From NCBI RefSeq assembly GCF_006345805.1, contig NC_043006.1:51956001-52020000 (forward strand): a stretch of 64,000 bases of DNA. The letters are read 5' to 3'. The translations under genes were made by a program, and so were the position numbers. The DNA comes from Octopus sinensis. Lineage: Eukaryota. Of the stretch, positions 26,741 to 39,197 are shown in pieces. Within the stretch, counting starts at the first letter, position 1, and each line of letters begins with the position of its first letter. The notes under the pieces were generated by a model. That model made no database searches, was not told the DNA's origin, and saw only the letters and a program-made list of their open reading frames with translations.

Positions 26741-27081
26741 CATACATATATACATACATACATACATACTACATACATACATACATACATACATACATAC
26801 ATACACACACACACATACATAATACATACATGCATACATACATATATACATACATCTAAGTGTATGTGTGTGCGTACGTAAAGAGTGAGAGAGAGAGAGA
26901 GAGAGGTGGGGTGCATGGAGTGATGTTCAGAGTGTTGCATTTACGATCGCAAGATCTTGGTTTCCATTTTCTGATCAGGTGTTGTTTTATGTTCCTGGCC
27001 AAAACACTTCATATCAGAAAAACGTGATCTGTGGAAACGCGCACAGCGATGCATTAAAATATTTATAAATTCTATCGAAGG

Positions 27082-27128
<47 letters not shown>

Positions 27129-27401
27129 TACAATATATATATATATATATATATATTGTAATAGTGTTGCATATAAAACTCCCTTAACGTTATATTCATC
27201 TCAACACTTCTTGCCTCGTAGCATCAATGGCGACACAATCTACAATTAAAGCAAGAACTACCGAACGAATTAGTTACTATGCAGTTACTCGACCTCATGA
27301 AATTACAGCCAAATGTTTCTAACGTTGCTTCTTCATACTTTACTTTTGAATTTACTAGTGTAAATTTGTGTAGATGTGAACACTCATATAGAAATATTAA
27401 A

Positions 27402-27904
27402 TATATGATTTAACTTATAATACACAGTTCAACGAATTCATATTTATGTAAATGGAGATTAGATGTCAAAAAGGGTTGTAGTTTTTATTACTCATGTTGC
27501 TATACAATTGTTTCGTACAGAGAAACAAATTAATTATATTACAAAAATTGAGTTGTCAGAATGTACTCGTCGGTAGCTTATGTAAAAACTAAAAGACGTC
27601 AGAATTACATAGGTATGGTGTTATTAATCATTCTGTAATGTATTCTTGTTCTTGGAGTCGTGTCTAGTTAATAACACGATGCCTATGTAATTCTAACGTC
27701 TTTTTAGTTTTTACATAAGCTACCGACCAGTACTTTCTGACAACTCAGTTTTTCTAATATGAACATCTTGTCTTTCTGTACGAAACAATTGTATAGCAAA
27801 CTGAGTAATAAAAACTACAATCCATTTTAACATCTAATCTCCATTTACATAAATATGAATGAATTTGTTGAACTGTGTTTAATTTTAATAAGTTAAATCA
27901 TATA
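27402..27904. repeat. Palindrome C (arms about 230 bp) with back-to-back hammerhead-like motifs at 27499-27577 (-, intact) and 27719-27797 (+, G8 lost)
   Basis: Intact copy: GCTA|CCGACGA|GTACA-[about 42 nt]-TGTAC|GAAA|CAATTGT|A|TAGC. Confidence 0.8.
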
Positions 27905-27927
27905 CTTTATATATATATATATATATA

Positions 27928-28156
27928 CTTTATTTAAAGCAGCAGAAAATTCAACAAAACCTGTTACTCTGAGTTTCCCGTTGCCGTTCATCGGACAGTT
28001 TTTGCTAGAAAAAACTGTCCGATGAACGGCAACGGGAAACTCAGAGTAACAGGTTTTGTTGAATTTTCTGCTGCTTTAAATAAAGCATATTACTCTACCA
28101 CTGGTATTTGAGTACACTTTTTTCCACTTTGTTTCACATTTATGTGTTTACTCCGG
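27928..28156. mobile_element. Hairpin family B element: 158-bp hairpin (27928-28085) plus asymmetric tail; HHR-like motifs at 27961-27998 (-) and 28015-28052 (+)
   Basis: Perfect arms of about 76 bp; CTGT|CCGATGA|ACG GCAA CGG|GAAA|CTCAGAGT|A|ACAG; flanked by (TA)n. Confidence 0.85.
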
Positions 28157-28163
28157 TATATAT

Positions 28164-28207
<44 letters not shown>

Positions 28208-28262
28208 ATATATTTGTAAAAAATGAAGTTCGAAAATGCTGCTATATTAGACAAATTTTTAA

Positions 28263-28343
28263 TTTTTATATATACATTATTTATTTAACATGTTTCGGTT
28301 CTTGAAATGATGAACCTTATCAAAAAAAATTATATATAAAAAA
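28263..28343 (-). ncRNA. Hammerhead-like motif A (U3-A8), mirror copy
   Basis: Reverse complement of 31041-31120. Confidence 0.75.
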
Positions 28344-28817
28344 GATAGTTCATGCTATCAAATATAAAAAATTCATATATAATATACAATAGAGTCAGAC
28401 ATCAAAAGTTCATATATAGCGAAGTGAGTTCATGCTATATGTTTAAAGAGTATGATGTAGTAGTTCATAGTGGTGATATGCATTCAATATAAAAAATTGA
28501 TGTTCTTGAAAAAGCGAGGAATTCATTTTAGATTTTACCTTGAGTAACTGTGATGACTTTTGGTCGGTGTCCGCTCGGACAGTGCTGGCGAACCTTGTGA
28601 ATTGTTTGGGTTTTATATCACCTGTTAGGTGGCCAGTCCAGCGGAACGTGACGTCATCAACGTTTTGACCAATCATTTCGTTAGGTGGCTAGTCAAGCAG
28701 AACGGGTCGTCACCAATATTTTGCCGGTTTTCTTAATGAGGATGTCTAAAAATGGTAATTCTTTTTCGTTGTGATCCATCGTGAATTGTATATTATCATT
28801 TATTCCATTTAATAGTA

Positions 28818-30304
28818 AAACACATCAAAAGCTACGTAAGAGACGATATAGATATGCTCAACCACCTCCCTAAAACAGTCAATGAGAAAACCCTTCTAGT
28901 GTCATTCGACGTAGTTAATCTTTATTCTAACATCCCTCACAACCTAGGAATAGAAGCGATCACCTTCTGGCTGAATAACTACCCCTTTGAACTCCCAACT
29001 CGCATAAACAAAGACCTTATAATAGAAGGACTTAGATTTATTTTAGAGAACAATTACTTTATTTTTGACAATAATTTCTACAGACAAAGATCGGGAACAG
29101 CGATGGGCACGCGTACTGCACCATCTTTTGCCAACCTAGTGATGGGATACCTCGAGAAAATACTCTACCAGATAACACTCGAGAAATTTGGAAACACCTT
29201 CGCCACCTATATCCATAACAACTGGAAAAGATACTTCGATGACTGTTTCATCATCTGGGACAAAGGTATAGAGAAACTTGAGGAATTTAAAATACTATTA
29301 AATGGAATAAATGATAATATACAATTCACGATGGATCACAACGAAAAAGAATTACCATTTTTAGACATCCTCATTAAGAAAACCGGCAAAAAATAGAGAT
29401 AGATATCTACTATAAACCGACAGACTCCAAACAATACCTACCCTTTGATTCATGCCACCCACGACACACTAGAATAAATGTCCCTTTTTGTTTGGCTAGA
29501 AGGATCTGCACCATAATATCAGACACAAACACCCGGCACACACGTCTCCAGGAACTTAGAACCACACTCACAAATAGAAACTATCCACAGCCCCTAATAG
29601 ACAGTGCAATCCAAAGGGCACTCAAATTAAGTATAGAAGACCTGAGACAAACAAAACCAAAAAAGAAAGAACAATTAAAAACCCTTCCCTACATCTCTAC
29701 ACACAACCCACTCAACAATGAGGCCTTCAGCACCATACTACAAAGCACAGCCCTACTAAAGGGAGACCCAAAGATGAACCGGATCCTCGAAACACACACC
29801 ATCATTAAAAGTAAACGGCAACCAAAATCCTTGAAAAGGATTTTAACCCAAGCTAAACTGCACTCAACATCAACCACAAAACCAGCAGTTAGAAAATGTG
29901 GAAGGCCCAACTGCGGAATCTGTGTCATCTTGATAGAAGGTTCAGAATTTATACTAGAACAAGGCCATCAGTTCACCATTAGAGCAAACTTCACCTGCGC
30001 ATCATAAAACTTAATTTACGTCATAACATGCGCAGGCTGCAATAGGCAGTATATAGGCCATACAAAAAATAGCTTACGTAACAGGATGGCGGTGCATAAA
30101 TCACAAATTAGAAACCCTGAATACCGGAAAATACCGGTCAGCGGACACATAGATAGATGTGCTGGAAATGTAAATCCGAAATTTACAACTTACCCGCTTT
30201 ATAAATTCAGTGACAACGCAACCTTCACGCAACGCCAAAATAAAGAACTGTATTTCATCAAAAAATTTAGACCAAGTTTAAACACCCTGGGCCAGGAATA
30301 TTAA
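28818..30304 (+). pseudogene. Penelope-like element (Penelope/Poseidon type), 5'-truncated RT plus GIY-YIG endonuclease, one frameshift (about 29390) and one stop (30005-30007)
   Basis: SFDVVNLYSNIP, GTAMGTRTAPSFANLVMG, RYFDD, LPFLD, DIYYKPT, CxxxxCxxC, LIYVITC...QYIG. Confidence 0.93.
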
Positions 30305-30489
30305 AACAAAAGATTGGTCCTCCGAAAAGGAGAAGCGAAATTCCACCGCGGCCGCTACCTTAAACAGACACTCACACTGACGGAAATATGTCTTAGGGAA
30401 AAAGGAAAAAAATTTATAAAAAGATCTCTTCGAACAGATCTAATCCTGATGGACTGGCCACATACGATACAGCTAAGGGTCAAACCCGA

Positions 30490-30772
30490 TTCTGATTGGT
30501 CGAAACATTGATGACATTTCGTTCTGCTGGACTGGCCACCTAACGGGATGATTGGTCAAAGCAGTGATGACGTCTCGTTACGCTGGACTGGCCACCTAAC
30601 GGGACACAGACAAGGGGCAGATCTAATACAGCTATAGGTCGGACCCGATTCTGATTGGTCATAATATTGGTGACGTCCCGTTCTGCTTGACTAGCCACCT
30701 AACGAAATGATTGGTCAAAACGTTGATGACGTCACGTTCCGCTGGACTGGCCACCTAACAGGTGATATAAAA
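30490..30772 (+). promoter_or_regulatory. Four imperfect repeats of about 55 bp with ATTGG (CCAAT box) and CRE-like motifs, then TATAAAA; putative PLE pLTR promoter
   Basis: GATTGGTC...TGACGT...GGACTGGCCACCTAAC four times; perfect TGACGTCA at 30727-30734; TATAAAA at 30766-30772. Confidence 0.5.
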
Positions 30773-31040
30773 CCCAAACAATTCACAAGGTTCGCCAGCA
30801 CTGTCCGAGCGGACACCGACCAAAAGTCATCACAGTTACTCAAGGTAAAATCTAAAATGAATTCCTCGCTTTTTCAAGAACATCAATTTTTTATATTGAA
30901 TGCATATCACCACTATGAACTACTACATCATACTCTTTAAACATATAGCATGAACTCACTTCACTATATATGAACTTTTGATGTCTGACTCTATTGTATA
31001 TTATATATGAATTTTTTATATTTGATAGCATGAACTATCT

Positions 31041-31120
31041 TTTTTATATATAATTTTTTTTGATAAGGTTCATCATTTCAAGAACCGAAACATGTTAAAT
31101 AAATAATGTATATATAAAAA
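31041..31120 (+). ncRNA. Type I hammerhead-like motif A with U3-A8 pair in the PLE 3' pLTR
   Basis: TTGATAA (31060-31066)|GGTTC atcatttcaa GAACC|GAAA|CATGT|T; long AT-rich stem I (TTTTTATATATA / TATATATAAAAA). Confidence 0.75.
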
Positions 31121-31775
31121 TTAAAAATTTGTCTAATATAGCAGCATTTTCGAACTTCATTTTTTACAAATATATATATATATATATATATATACCGGAG
31201 TAAACACATAAATGTGAAACAAGGTGGAAAAAAGTGTACTCAAATACCAGTGGTAGAGTAATATGCTTTATTTAAAGCAGCAGAAAATTCAACAAAACCT
31301 GTTACTCTGAGTTTCCCGTTGCCGTTCATCGGACAGTTTTTTCTAGCAAAAACTGTCCGATGAACGGCAACGGGAAACTCAGAGTAACAGGTTTTGTTGA
31401 ATTTTCTGCTGCTTTAAATAAAGTATATATATATATATATATATAAAGTATATGATTTAACTTATTAAAATAAACACAGTTCAACAAATTCATTCATATT
31501 TATGTAAATGGAGATTAGATGTTAAAATGGATTGTAGTTTTTATTACTCAGTTTGCTATACAATTGTTTCGTACAGAAAGACAAGATGTTCATATTAGAA
31601 AAACTGAGTTGTCAGAAAGTACTGGTCGGTAGCTTATGTAAAAACTAAAAAGACGTTAGAATTACATAGGCATCGTGTTATTAACTAGACACGACTCCAA
31701 GAACAAGAACACATTACAGAATGATTAATAACACCATACCTATGTAATTCTGACGTCTTTTTAGTTTTTACATAA

Positions 31776-31854
31776 GCTACCGACGAGTACATTCTGACAA
31801 CTCAATTTTTGTAATATAATTAATTTGTTTCTCTGTACGAAACAATTGTATAGC
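31776..31854 (+). ncRNA. Hammerhead-like motif C (U4C, long loop II)
   Basis: GCTA|CCGACGA|GTACA...TGTAC|GAAA|CAATTGT|A|TAGC. Confidence 0.7.
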
Positions 31855-32094
31855 AACATGAGTAATAAAAACTACAACCCTTTTTGACATCTAATCTCCA
31901 TTTACATAAATATGAATTCGTTGAACTGTGTATTATAAGTTAAATCATATATTTAATATTTCTATATGAGTGTTCACATCTACACAAATTTACACTAGTA
32001 AATTCAAAAGTAAAGTATGAAGAAGCAACGTTAGAAATCTTTGGAAATTACTCCAATTAAAAGACGAACTCGCATTCAACCCTTTAAAAGATTA

Positions 32095-32477
32095 TCTATT
32101 ATATACAATCCGGTCTGTCTGTGTGTGTGTGTGCCTTCTAGGATCTCGGGCATCCTCCATCCGATGGCGCTCAAATTTGATTTGTAGATATCGACGGTAT
32201 CAGGGCGTGTATAAGTCTTGAAAAAATTACAAAAATCGATTCCAGGTGAGAATGCGATTGCTAAAGCCGTGGGAACGTGCATTTGTACGCGCAAGTAAGT
32301 TAGCTATTGCGATCGATACTACACGTAAGCGAGAATGCACGGTGTCTCAAATTTAGATTAAATCAGTGTTTTTCAAAGAGGAAGCCTATGGGACGGTTGG
32401 ACAAGTTGTTTTGAGAAAATTTGGTTTAAATGCTTGACAACTCAGCACCGTCCATTGGACAGGGGGCGTTTTGCTCG
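32095..32477 (+). mobile_element. Possible non-autonomous Helitron-like element
   Basis: A|TCTATTATATAC start, internal (TG)n, subterminal CCGTCCATTGGACAG hairpin-like motif, CTCG|T end. Confidence 0.4.
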
Positions 32478-32506
32478 TTATATATATAAAAGTATAAATA
32501 TATATA

Positions 32507-32537
<31 letters not shown>

Positions 32538-32541
32538 ATAT

Positions 32542-32633
<92 letters not shown>

Positions 32634-32651
32634 TATATATATAATATATAT

Positions 32652-32701
<50 letters not shown>

Positions 32702-32787
32702 ATACATATATATACGCATTGACACACACACACATACATACATACATACAAACATACATACATACACACAAATATAGACATTCTTAC

Positions 32788-32872
32788 CTGGAGAATATCC
32801 ACTGGTAGTATCCGCGGTCAGACTTATAACCTTTTTGAAAGAGTTCAGTTTGGTTTTCAACTTCGAGTTATC
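32788..32872 (-). CDS. Membrane protein exon: DNSKLKTKLNSFKKVISLTADTTSGYSP(G)
   Basis: ATTTTAG acceptor, CAG|GTAAGA donor, 85 nt, phase 0 to 1. Confidence 0.88.
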
Positions 32873-33124
32873 CTAAAATAATGAGAGCAAACACGCTAGT
32901 GAATTTCATTTGAACAAAATACTAATATATACAGATATAAATACACACGCACACGCATTATATATATAGATATATCAAAGAATGTAAGGAACAGAAACAG
33001 TAAATCAAAACTACAAAATTTTTGAAGCTAAACTTAACACGTCTTACGTAATTCGTCCCACATAAAAGTACCATTTAACTCTTCTGCGCGTTATTTGCAT
33101 CGTCGAAAGTGGATGAATAATTCA

Positions 33125-33155
<31 letters not shown>

Positions 33156-33158
33156 CAT

Positions 33159-33207
<49 letters not shown>

Positions 33208-33671
33208 CTGATACCAGTTCGAATATTTTTGAGAGGTATATGAATCTGTAAAAGACTTTTCACTGCAGTTTGCCATGGAGAAAAAAAAATCACGTAAAAT
33301 ACCAAACCCAACTCAAAGGGCTCCCTATTGGATTCTTGCTGAGGAAAAGAAAATTAGTTGGAAAGACATTTCTGCTAGCCCAACACAAGACATTTTGAAC
33401 TGAGAATTATTTCTCAGTGACAAATTGTAGCGAAAAGCGTTTTATTAATCCAATTATCTTTTTAACATGTTTCAGCTGGTGTCAAGTTTACACACACACA
33501 CACACACCATACACCCGCGCGCGCGCATTACGGATATGTACTTGCAGGGGAAATGTTTTCATCGAAAGAAATAAAACGATTGCAGTGTGGAAGATACATG
33601 TTAATCGTTCGGAAACAGGCGAAGATTTTTAACTTTACTTAAACATTTATTATTTGTAACGTAGCATAACG

Positions 33672-34398
33672 CTTCATAATGAGACTCATAGATAAACATT
33701 TGAACGTAAATAATAAATATGCAGCAATATTTAGGAATAAAATCAGAGTAGGCCATAGCCTGACTAATAATTTAGCTACTACCATAGCTTCGATAAATAA
33801 TAATAAACTGGACACCTATGAAACCAGGAAAATCAGCAACAAAAAACAGAACAGTCAACCAGCAAATAGAAGAAATCCCACCCCTAAAGATGCGCCTTCA
33901 AGCAACACGGACAACGACCCGACTCAGAATAGCCCCCCTCAACACAACAGTAGCACAGATAGACAGAATACTTTATGTGGCTGCAGAGTCAGAAATAAGT
34001 GCCAATTCTCTAATAGGTGTAAAACAGAAAATGTAGTATACCAATGCGACGTACTCACAAATAACCATACGAAATCGTATATAGCCGCCACGAAAAACCA
34101 AATGATACTGAGATACAACTCACACCAATCTATCTTTAGAAATAGAAGTAAAGCAAAACTCTACAGGGCTTAGTAACTACATCTGGGAATTAAAGGATAA
34201 AAAAATTAATTATAGTTTAAAATGGCGCATCCTAGTAACCACCTCGTCTTATAACACTATTAATAAGCGGTGCGATCTCTGTTTAACAGAACGCTTGAAT
34301 ATATTAATGGCTAAACCGCCTCTACTAAATAAAAAAAAGCATGAAAATGATTTCTTTTGTCTGCATATAGTCCAATTTGTCTTCTCTAAGTTTCGTTA
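33672..34398 (+). pseudogene. Penelope-like element 3' remnant (Naiad-like GIY-YIG endonuclease)
   Basis: CGCRVRNKCQFSNRC, VVYQCDV...SYIA, RYNSHQS, YIWELK, CDLCLTE, LLNKK. Confidence 0.8.
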
Positions 34399-34794
34399 AA
34401 CCCGCACTATCCTGTACATATCACTATCCTTGCCTCACCCCTACTAGTAGACTTACTTACCAGCGCATTACCTCACCTTAACCACTTACACCAACCCAAA
34501 CATACATTATAGATAAATACACAAAATATCTAACTCATATTCTACGTTACCCTACTCCAAACCCATATAACAAACCAATAATTCTACACCTACTCTACAT
34601 CCTACGCTAGCCTATGCATGCATATAATTATTTTTAACCGAGAACCACCTAAGCTAACTACAAGCAAACTTTCCCTTCCCACCCACTTTCTAACGTTTCT
34701 GCGAGTTCGCCGCCTTCAAACACTTGCTATAATGGATAGGAAAATGGAAACTATAGTTTGATAAGTATATCATTAGTCTATAAAGTGCACTCAC

Positions 34795-34941
34795 GGTTCT
34801 TGTAATAACGAGCTCATTGTTACTGATTTCGTTCACTAATTTCGCGGCAGCTGTATGTAAATCGGTTTCGTTTCCTTTATTTCCTGGCGGCACATCAAGC
34901 AGAGAAAACGATGCAACCACTGTATTCTCACCTTCATCAAT
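34795..34941 (-). CDS. Membrane protein exon: IDEGENTVVASFSLLDVPPGNKGNETDLHTAAAKLVNEISNNELVITRT
   Basis: TTTTGCAG acceptor, ACC|GTGAGT donor, 147 nt, phase 0 to 0. Confidence 0.9.
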
Positions 34942-35156
34942 CTGCAAAATTACACAAGTTGTTAAATGTTAAGGTGAAGTAATCAATTTAAAAATAAAAA
35001 CTCAAATAAAAGTAATCAACTTAAAAACCTCGAATAAAACAATAAACGAAAAAAAGTCGAGGATGTGAAGCGAAATATATAGTATTAGCAAGTAGGTGTT
35101 ATTTGCCGCTAAGCATTTCACCCGGCGTGTTACGAATTCTGCCAGTTCGCCCCTGC

Positions 35157-35244
<88 letters not shown>
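35157..35244. repeat. (TAA)n microsatellite
   Basis: Perfect trinucleotide run. Confidence 0.95.
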
Positions 35245-35246
<2 letters not shown>

Positions 35247-35406
35247 GGACTAAACTAAACGCAAAAGAAATAGAACTGTTCTTGTTATTGTACGTTCCTT
35301 CGCTATAATAAAATATGGAGGATGTCGGGTACTAAGGCAGCTGAAATAAATTTATAATGAAAGGAAAGCCTAAATGATAATAATGATAATAATACGAGGC
35401 TGGACG

Positions 35407-37381
35407 TATAAATTTTACCGTCCATCCTCGCGGAGAAAACATACAGATTTATGGAACAGAACGATATTTTCCTCTCTAAACAAAAAGGGTGCCGACGAGG
35501 CTCATATGGATGCAAAGACCAACTCTTAATCAATCGCATGATCCTTGAGAACTGTCATAACAAACGCAAAAATTTCAGTTCTACATGGATTGATTATAAA
35601 AAGGCTTTTGACAGCATATTGCATTCATTGATCTTGAAGTCGCAGTACATCTTCAAATTTTCTCCTGTAATTTCAGACTTCATGAAGTACAACACGTCAA
35701 TATGGAATACGAATCTCCACCTATACCTCTCTAATGGAGTACTGACCACATAAAATATTAATATCAACTGCGGCATTTTCCGAGGTGACTCACTTTCACC
35801 TTTAATTGTCTGCATAGCCCTAATACCCCTTACAAGTGAACTTAACAGAAGAGGGTATGGGTATAAAACTGGCGACAGGAATATAAGTCATCTATTTTAT
35901 ATGGATGACTTAAATCCCTATGGCAAATGATAATGAGCTTGAAGGATTACTACGTACTATGAAAGCATCCAGTGATGACATTGGGATGGAATTTGGCCTT
36001 GATAAATGTGCCAGAGCCACTTTCCAGAAAGGGAAACTGAAGACCTCAAATTCAGTGGAGTTGGATGTTGACACAGTCATAAAAGAACTCGAGCAGGAAC
36101 AAACTTACAAATCCCTCGGAATAAATGAGGCCTCTGGCATTCAGCTTGCAAATATGAAAGAGATCAGGAAGGAATGTTATAGGAGAGTTCGGTAGTCCTA
36201 AAATCTGAGTTAAACACCCGTGACGAGGTGTTAGCTATACATTCCTTAGCAGTTCCGGTTGTTATTTACAGTTTCAATGTGTTGAACTGGAATATGAACA
36301 AATTAAGGAAGCTTGACAGGAAAATCCGTAAGCTGCTGACTTGCAATAAGATGTGCCACCCAAAAGAAGAAGACGCACATTGTCTTTACCAACTCAGAGC
36401 TCAAAAGGGTCGAGGCTCGATCTAATTTGAATTCTCCTACAAAACCACTATAATTGGACTGGCAAGATATCTTGAAACATCTAACGATTGGATGCTAAGC
36501 TCGTTGAAAACCACGAAAGACGTTAGAAGCTACATTCTGCTATGAAAGAGAGCAAAATATTTTCAAGTGAGTTTATGCATAATACCCAGGTTGAACAGCA
36601 TGATGGAAGTGCAGCAACTGTAGTTGCAAAAAAGGTGAAATCAATAGCAAAGCAAAATACGCTTGAACAATTAGCTGATAGATGGAAACAAAAAGCTCTT
36701 CATAGTAAATATGTGAACCGTAACAAACAAGCTTATATAGACCAGAAGCACACCCATCATTGGCTACGGAGCTCAGAGCTAAAGGCAAAGAGTGAAAGCT
36801 TTATCTTGGCTACCCGAGATCAGAGCTTATTGATCCGAAATGTGATGAAAAATGGTGTAGACCCAAAGTGCCAATACTGCAACGGTGGGATAGAAACAGT
36901 GGACCACCTAATCTCTGGATGTAAGGTTTTAGCACCTATAGAGTACAAACCAAGATATGACAGAGATGACCAATATCTACACTGGATAATGTGTCGGCAT
37001 TATAAAATCAAAACTGCTGACAAATGGTACGAGCACCATCCCGAGGCTGTAACTGAGGGAGAAAATGTAACTATTGTTTAGGACTTCCCAGTATGTACAG
37101 ACCGGATCATTAAAGCTAACAAACCAGGCATTGTGAAAGTTCAAAACAATAAAGTCTGTTTATTGATTGACATGAGCATACCACGTGGCCATAATATCTC
37201 GGTAAAAGAATTTGATAAGCTCAGAAAATATAAAGATTTGTTCATCGAAATCGAAAAGATGTGGCATCTCAAGACGGTTACGATACCAGTGATTGTAGGA
37301 GCACTTGGAATGATCAAAAGAGGAACTGAAAATTATTTAAGAATGATCACTTGCTTACCATCCGTACAGAAAGTGCAAAAG
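35407..37381 (+). pseudogene. R4/Dong-clade non-LTR retrotransposon remnant (RT, CCHC, restriction-like endonuclease)
   Basis: WIDYKKAFDS, GDSLSP, LFYMDDL, MEFGLDKCA, CQYC...ETVDHLISGC, KANKP, LLIDMSIP, IPVIVGALG; many frameshifts. Confidence 0.9.
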
Positions 37382-37382
37382 T

Positions 37383-37510
37383 CACAAGGCCAAACATCCC
37401 TGAAAGTTTCATCCGAATCCATTCGGCGTTTCTTGAGATATTTTGTCCACGGACAAACAAACATACACGACTGAAAACAATACCTCTGCCTTCGCTAAGG
37501 CAGAGGTAAT
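37383..37510 (+). mobile_element. Helentron/DINE-like (HINE) 3' fragment with terminal hairpin
   Basis: AAGTTTCATCCGAATCC core-like block, ACAAACAAAC, perfect 12-bp stem TACCTCTGCCTT-cgct-AAGGCAGAGGTA at 37481-37508. Confidence 0.55.
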
Positions 37511-38048
37511 AATAACAACGCGCGCGCGTGTGTGTGCGTGCTTATATGGATGTAACATAGTGAAACTCATTTCTCAATAATTAAAGTTTGATTTCACTGC
37601 GTGGCGTCTTTAGCAGATATCTTTCATTTTATCTCCGGAACAATTCAAAAATAAAAGGAGACAAATCTTTTGCCTTAAAGGAAATCTAATTTGGACCCAG
37701 CAAAATATTTCAACCAGAAAAAGAATAAAACACCAAATGTATTCAATAAAGATCCACTCTAAAAGATATTTGATGTCAATCTTGTAAATGGCTCCCTTTA
37801 CAATGCTGATTCTTATATTCTGAACGAGGAGGCTTAAAACGTTAAATCGAACACAGAAGCACTGCAGCACAAAACCTGAGATTTAATTGTAACTGTCTGA
37901 TAATTGAACAGTCTGATCATTGAATTGTCTCAGTTGCAAGGAATGTAGCAGAAATGAATCCAAAGCAATTTCGTTGAAATTTCGTAAAACGAAACTGTAG
38001 ATGCAACAGGAAACACCGAAATCTTAAATTAAGTAACTGAAAACTCAC

Positions 38049-38158
38049 CTGGATATTTGAAATTCTGAGGGGTGACATTTTACCAATTTCAGACAAGCTG
38101 AATCTAATTTCGTATTTCAATGTTTCTTCATCTTCATTAACAATGGAATCATAAGAGC
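38049..38158 (-). CDS. Membrane protein exon: (G)SYDSIVNEDEETLKYEIRFSLSEIGKMSPLRISNIQ
   Basis: CGCAG acceptor, CAG|GTGAGT donor, 110 nt, phase 1 to 0. Confidence 0.9.
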
Positions 38159-39197
38159 CTGCGGCCAATAAAAATTGTAAAAATGTGTTATAAATTCGGG
38201 AATAAAACTGTTTTCTCAAAAGCAACACATATTCCATGCATTTTAATATTTTCAACACAAATTGTAAGTTTGTAGAAGTGGTGAGTTTACACAAGCAATG
38301 GGTTTCTATATCAACTGAATGTGTTAAATTAGTGTCTTGACAAGAGCGGCGTGTTTAAATAATGTGAAATATTAACTTCCATCAATCTACGTTCCGTGTC
38401 AAAATTCTATCTGGATCGCTTTGCCTTTTATTCGAGTTTGAGAGAGCATGAACCAATCATTTATTTGGTTAGTATCATAAAAACAGACAGTTCTCTAGCT
38501 CTGCAAGTATTGTGTTTTATGACGTATCAAATGCGGAAAAAAATTGATATTTCCAACTGTGGACACATTTTAATAGTTCAGTTGAGCTGATATCTTTCAC
38601 AATCCCTATAACACTAGCGAGATTGATTTAACAGAAGTCTTTTATTATTTATGCATCCCTCTCTGCATCTTCATCTTCCTCTCCAGTCGGAATTTGAAGA
38701 AGTTGATTACCGCTTCACCGTAGAGTCAAGTAGCTGTTCTTAGACATTTCAAGCTACTTCATTATCGTGTATCTTTCACTCTAGCCAGAAAATAGAAGAA
38801 ACTGCCTGCCCTTCTAGGTCAAAACAATGTTGCGGGTCAATTTTCACGATAGACTAAACACTGTTTAGTGATAGCGGAAACCGTTCTAAACACTAAAACA
38901 GTTATTTGACATAAGTCAGCAATGACTGGACACTAGACGCGTACGGACAGAATTATTTCATCGTTGTGCGCCCGTCTCCTACAAAACCCACTGATAGAAT
39001 TACTGCACCTGTCGATTTATTCGATACAGATAAATAATAATTTGTCTTGTATGAAACGGACTCTATGTCAAATGAGTTCAGTGTTATTTTCAACATTTTA
39101 TGTATTAATGTGAATGCTACTAACATCAACAACTTATAATTTTACCAGTCATAGAAAATATTTCTCTACAAGGCGCTTCACGCACATTACTTAGAGT

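Larger units (their letters stand above)
27316..28720 (-). repeat. Left arm of a 1.4-kb inverted repeat
   Basis: Reverse complement of 30663-32037; identical 77-aa ORFs at 28443-28676 (-) and 30707-30940 (+). Confidence 0.95.
30663..32037 (+). repeat. Right arm of the 1.4-kb inverted repeat (PLE 3' pLTR plus hairpin B 31195-31423 plus palindrome C 31449-31951)
   Basis: Near-identical reverse complement of 27316-28720. Confidence 0.95.

Noticed and set aside
28443-28676. 77-aa ORF present twice (also 30707-30940)
   Set aside because: Identity is explained by the inverted repeat; it overlaps pLTR promoter-like repeats and has no protein hallmarks.
30490-30765. Spaced repeats as a CRISPR-like array
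   Set aside because: Eukaryotic context, degenerate contiguous tandem units, no unique spacers.
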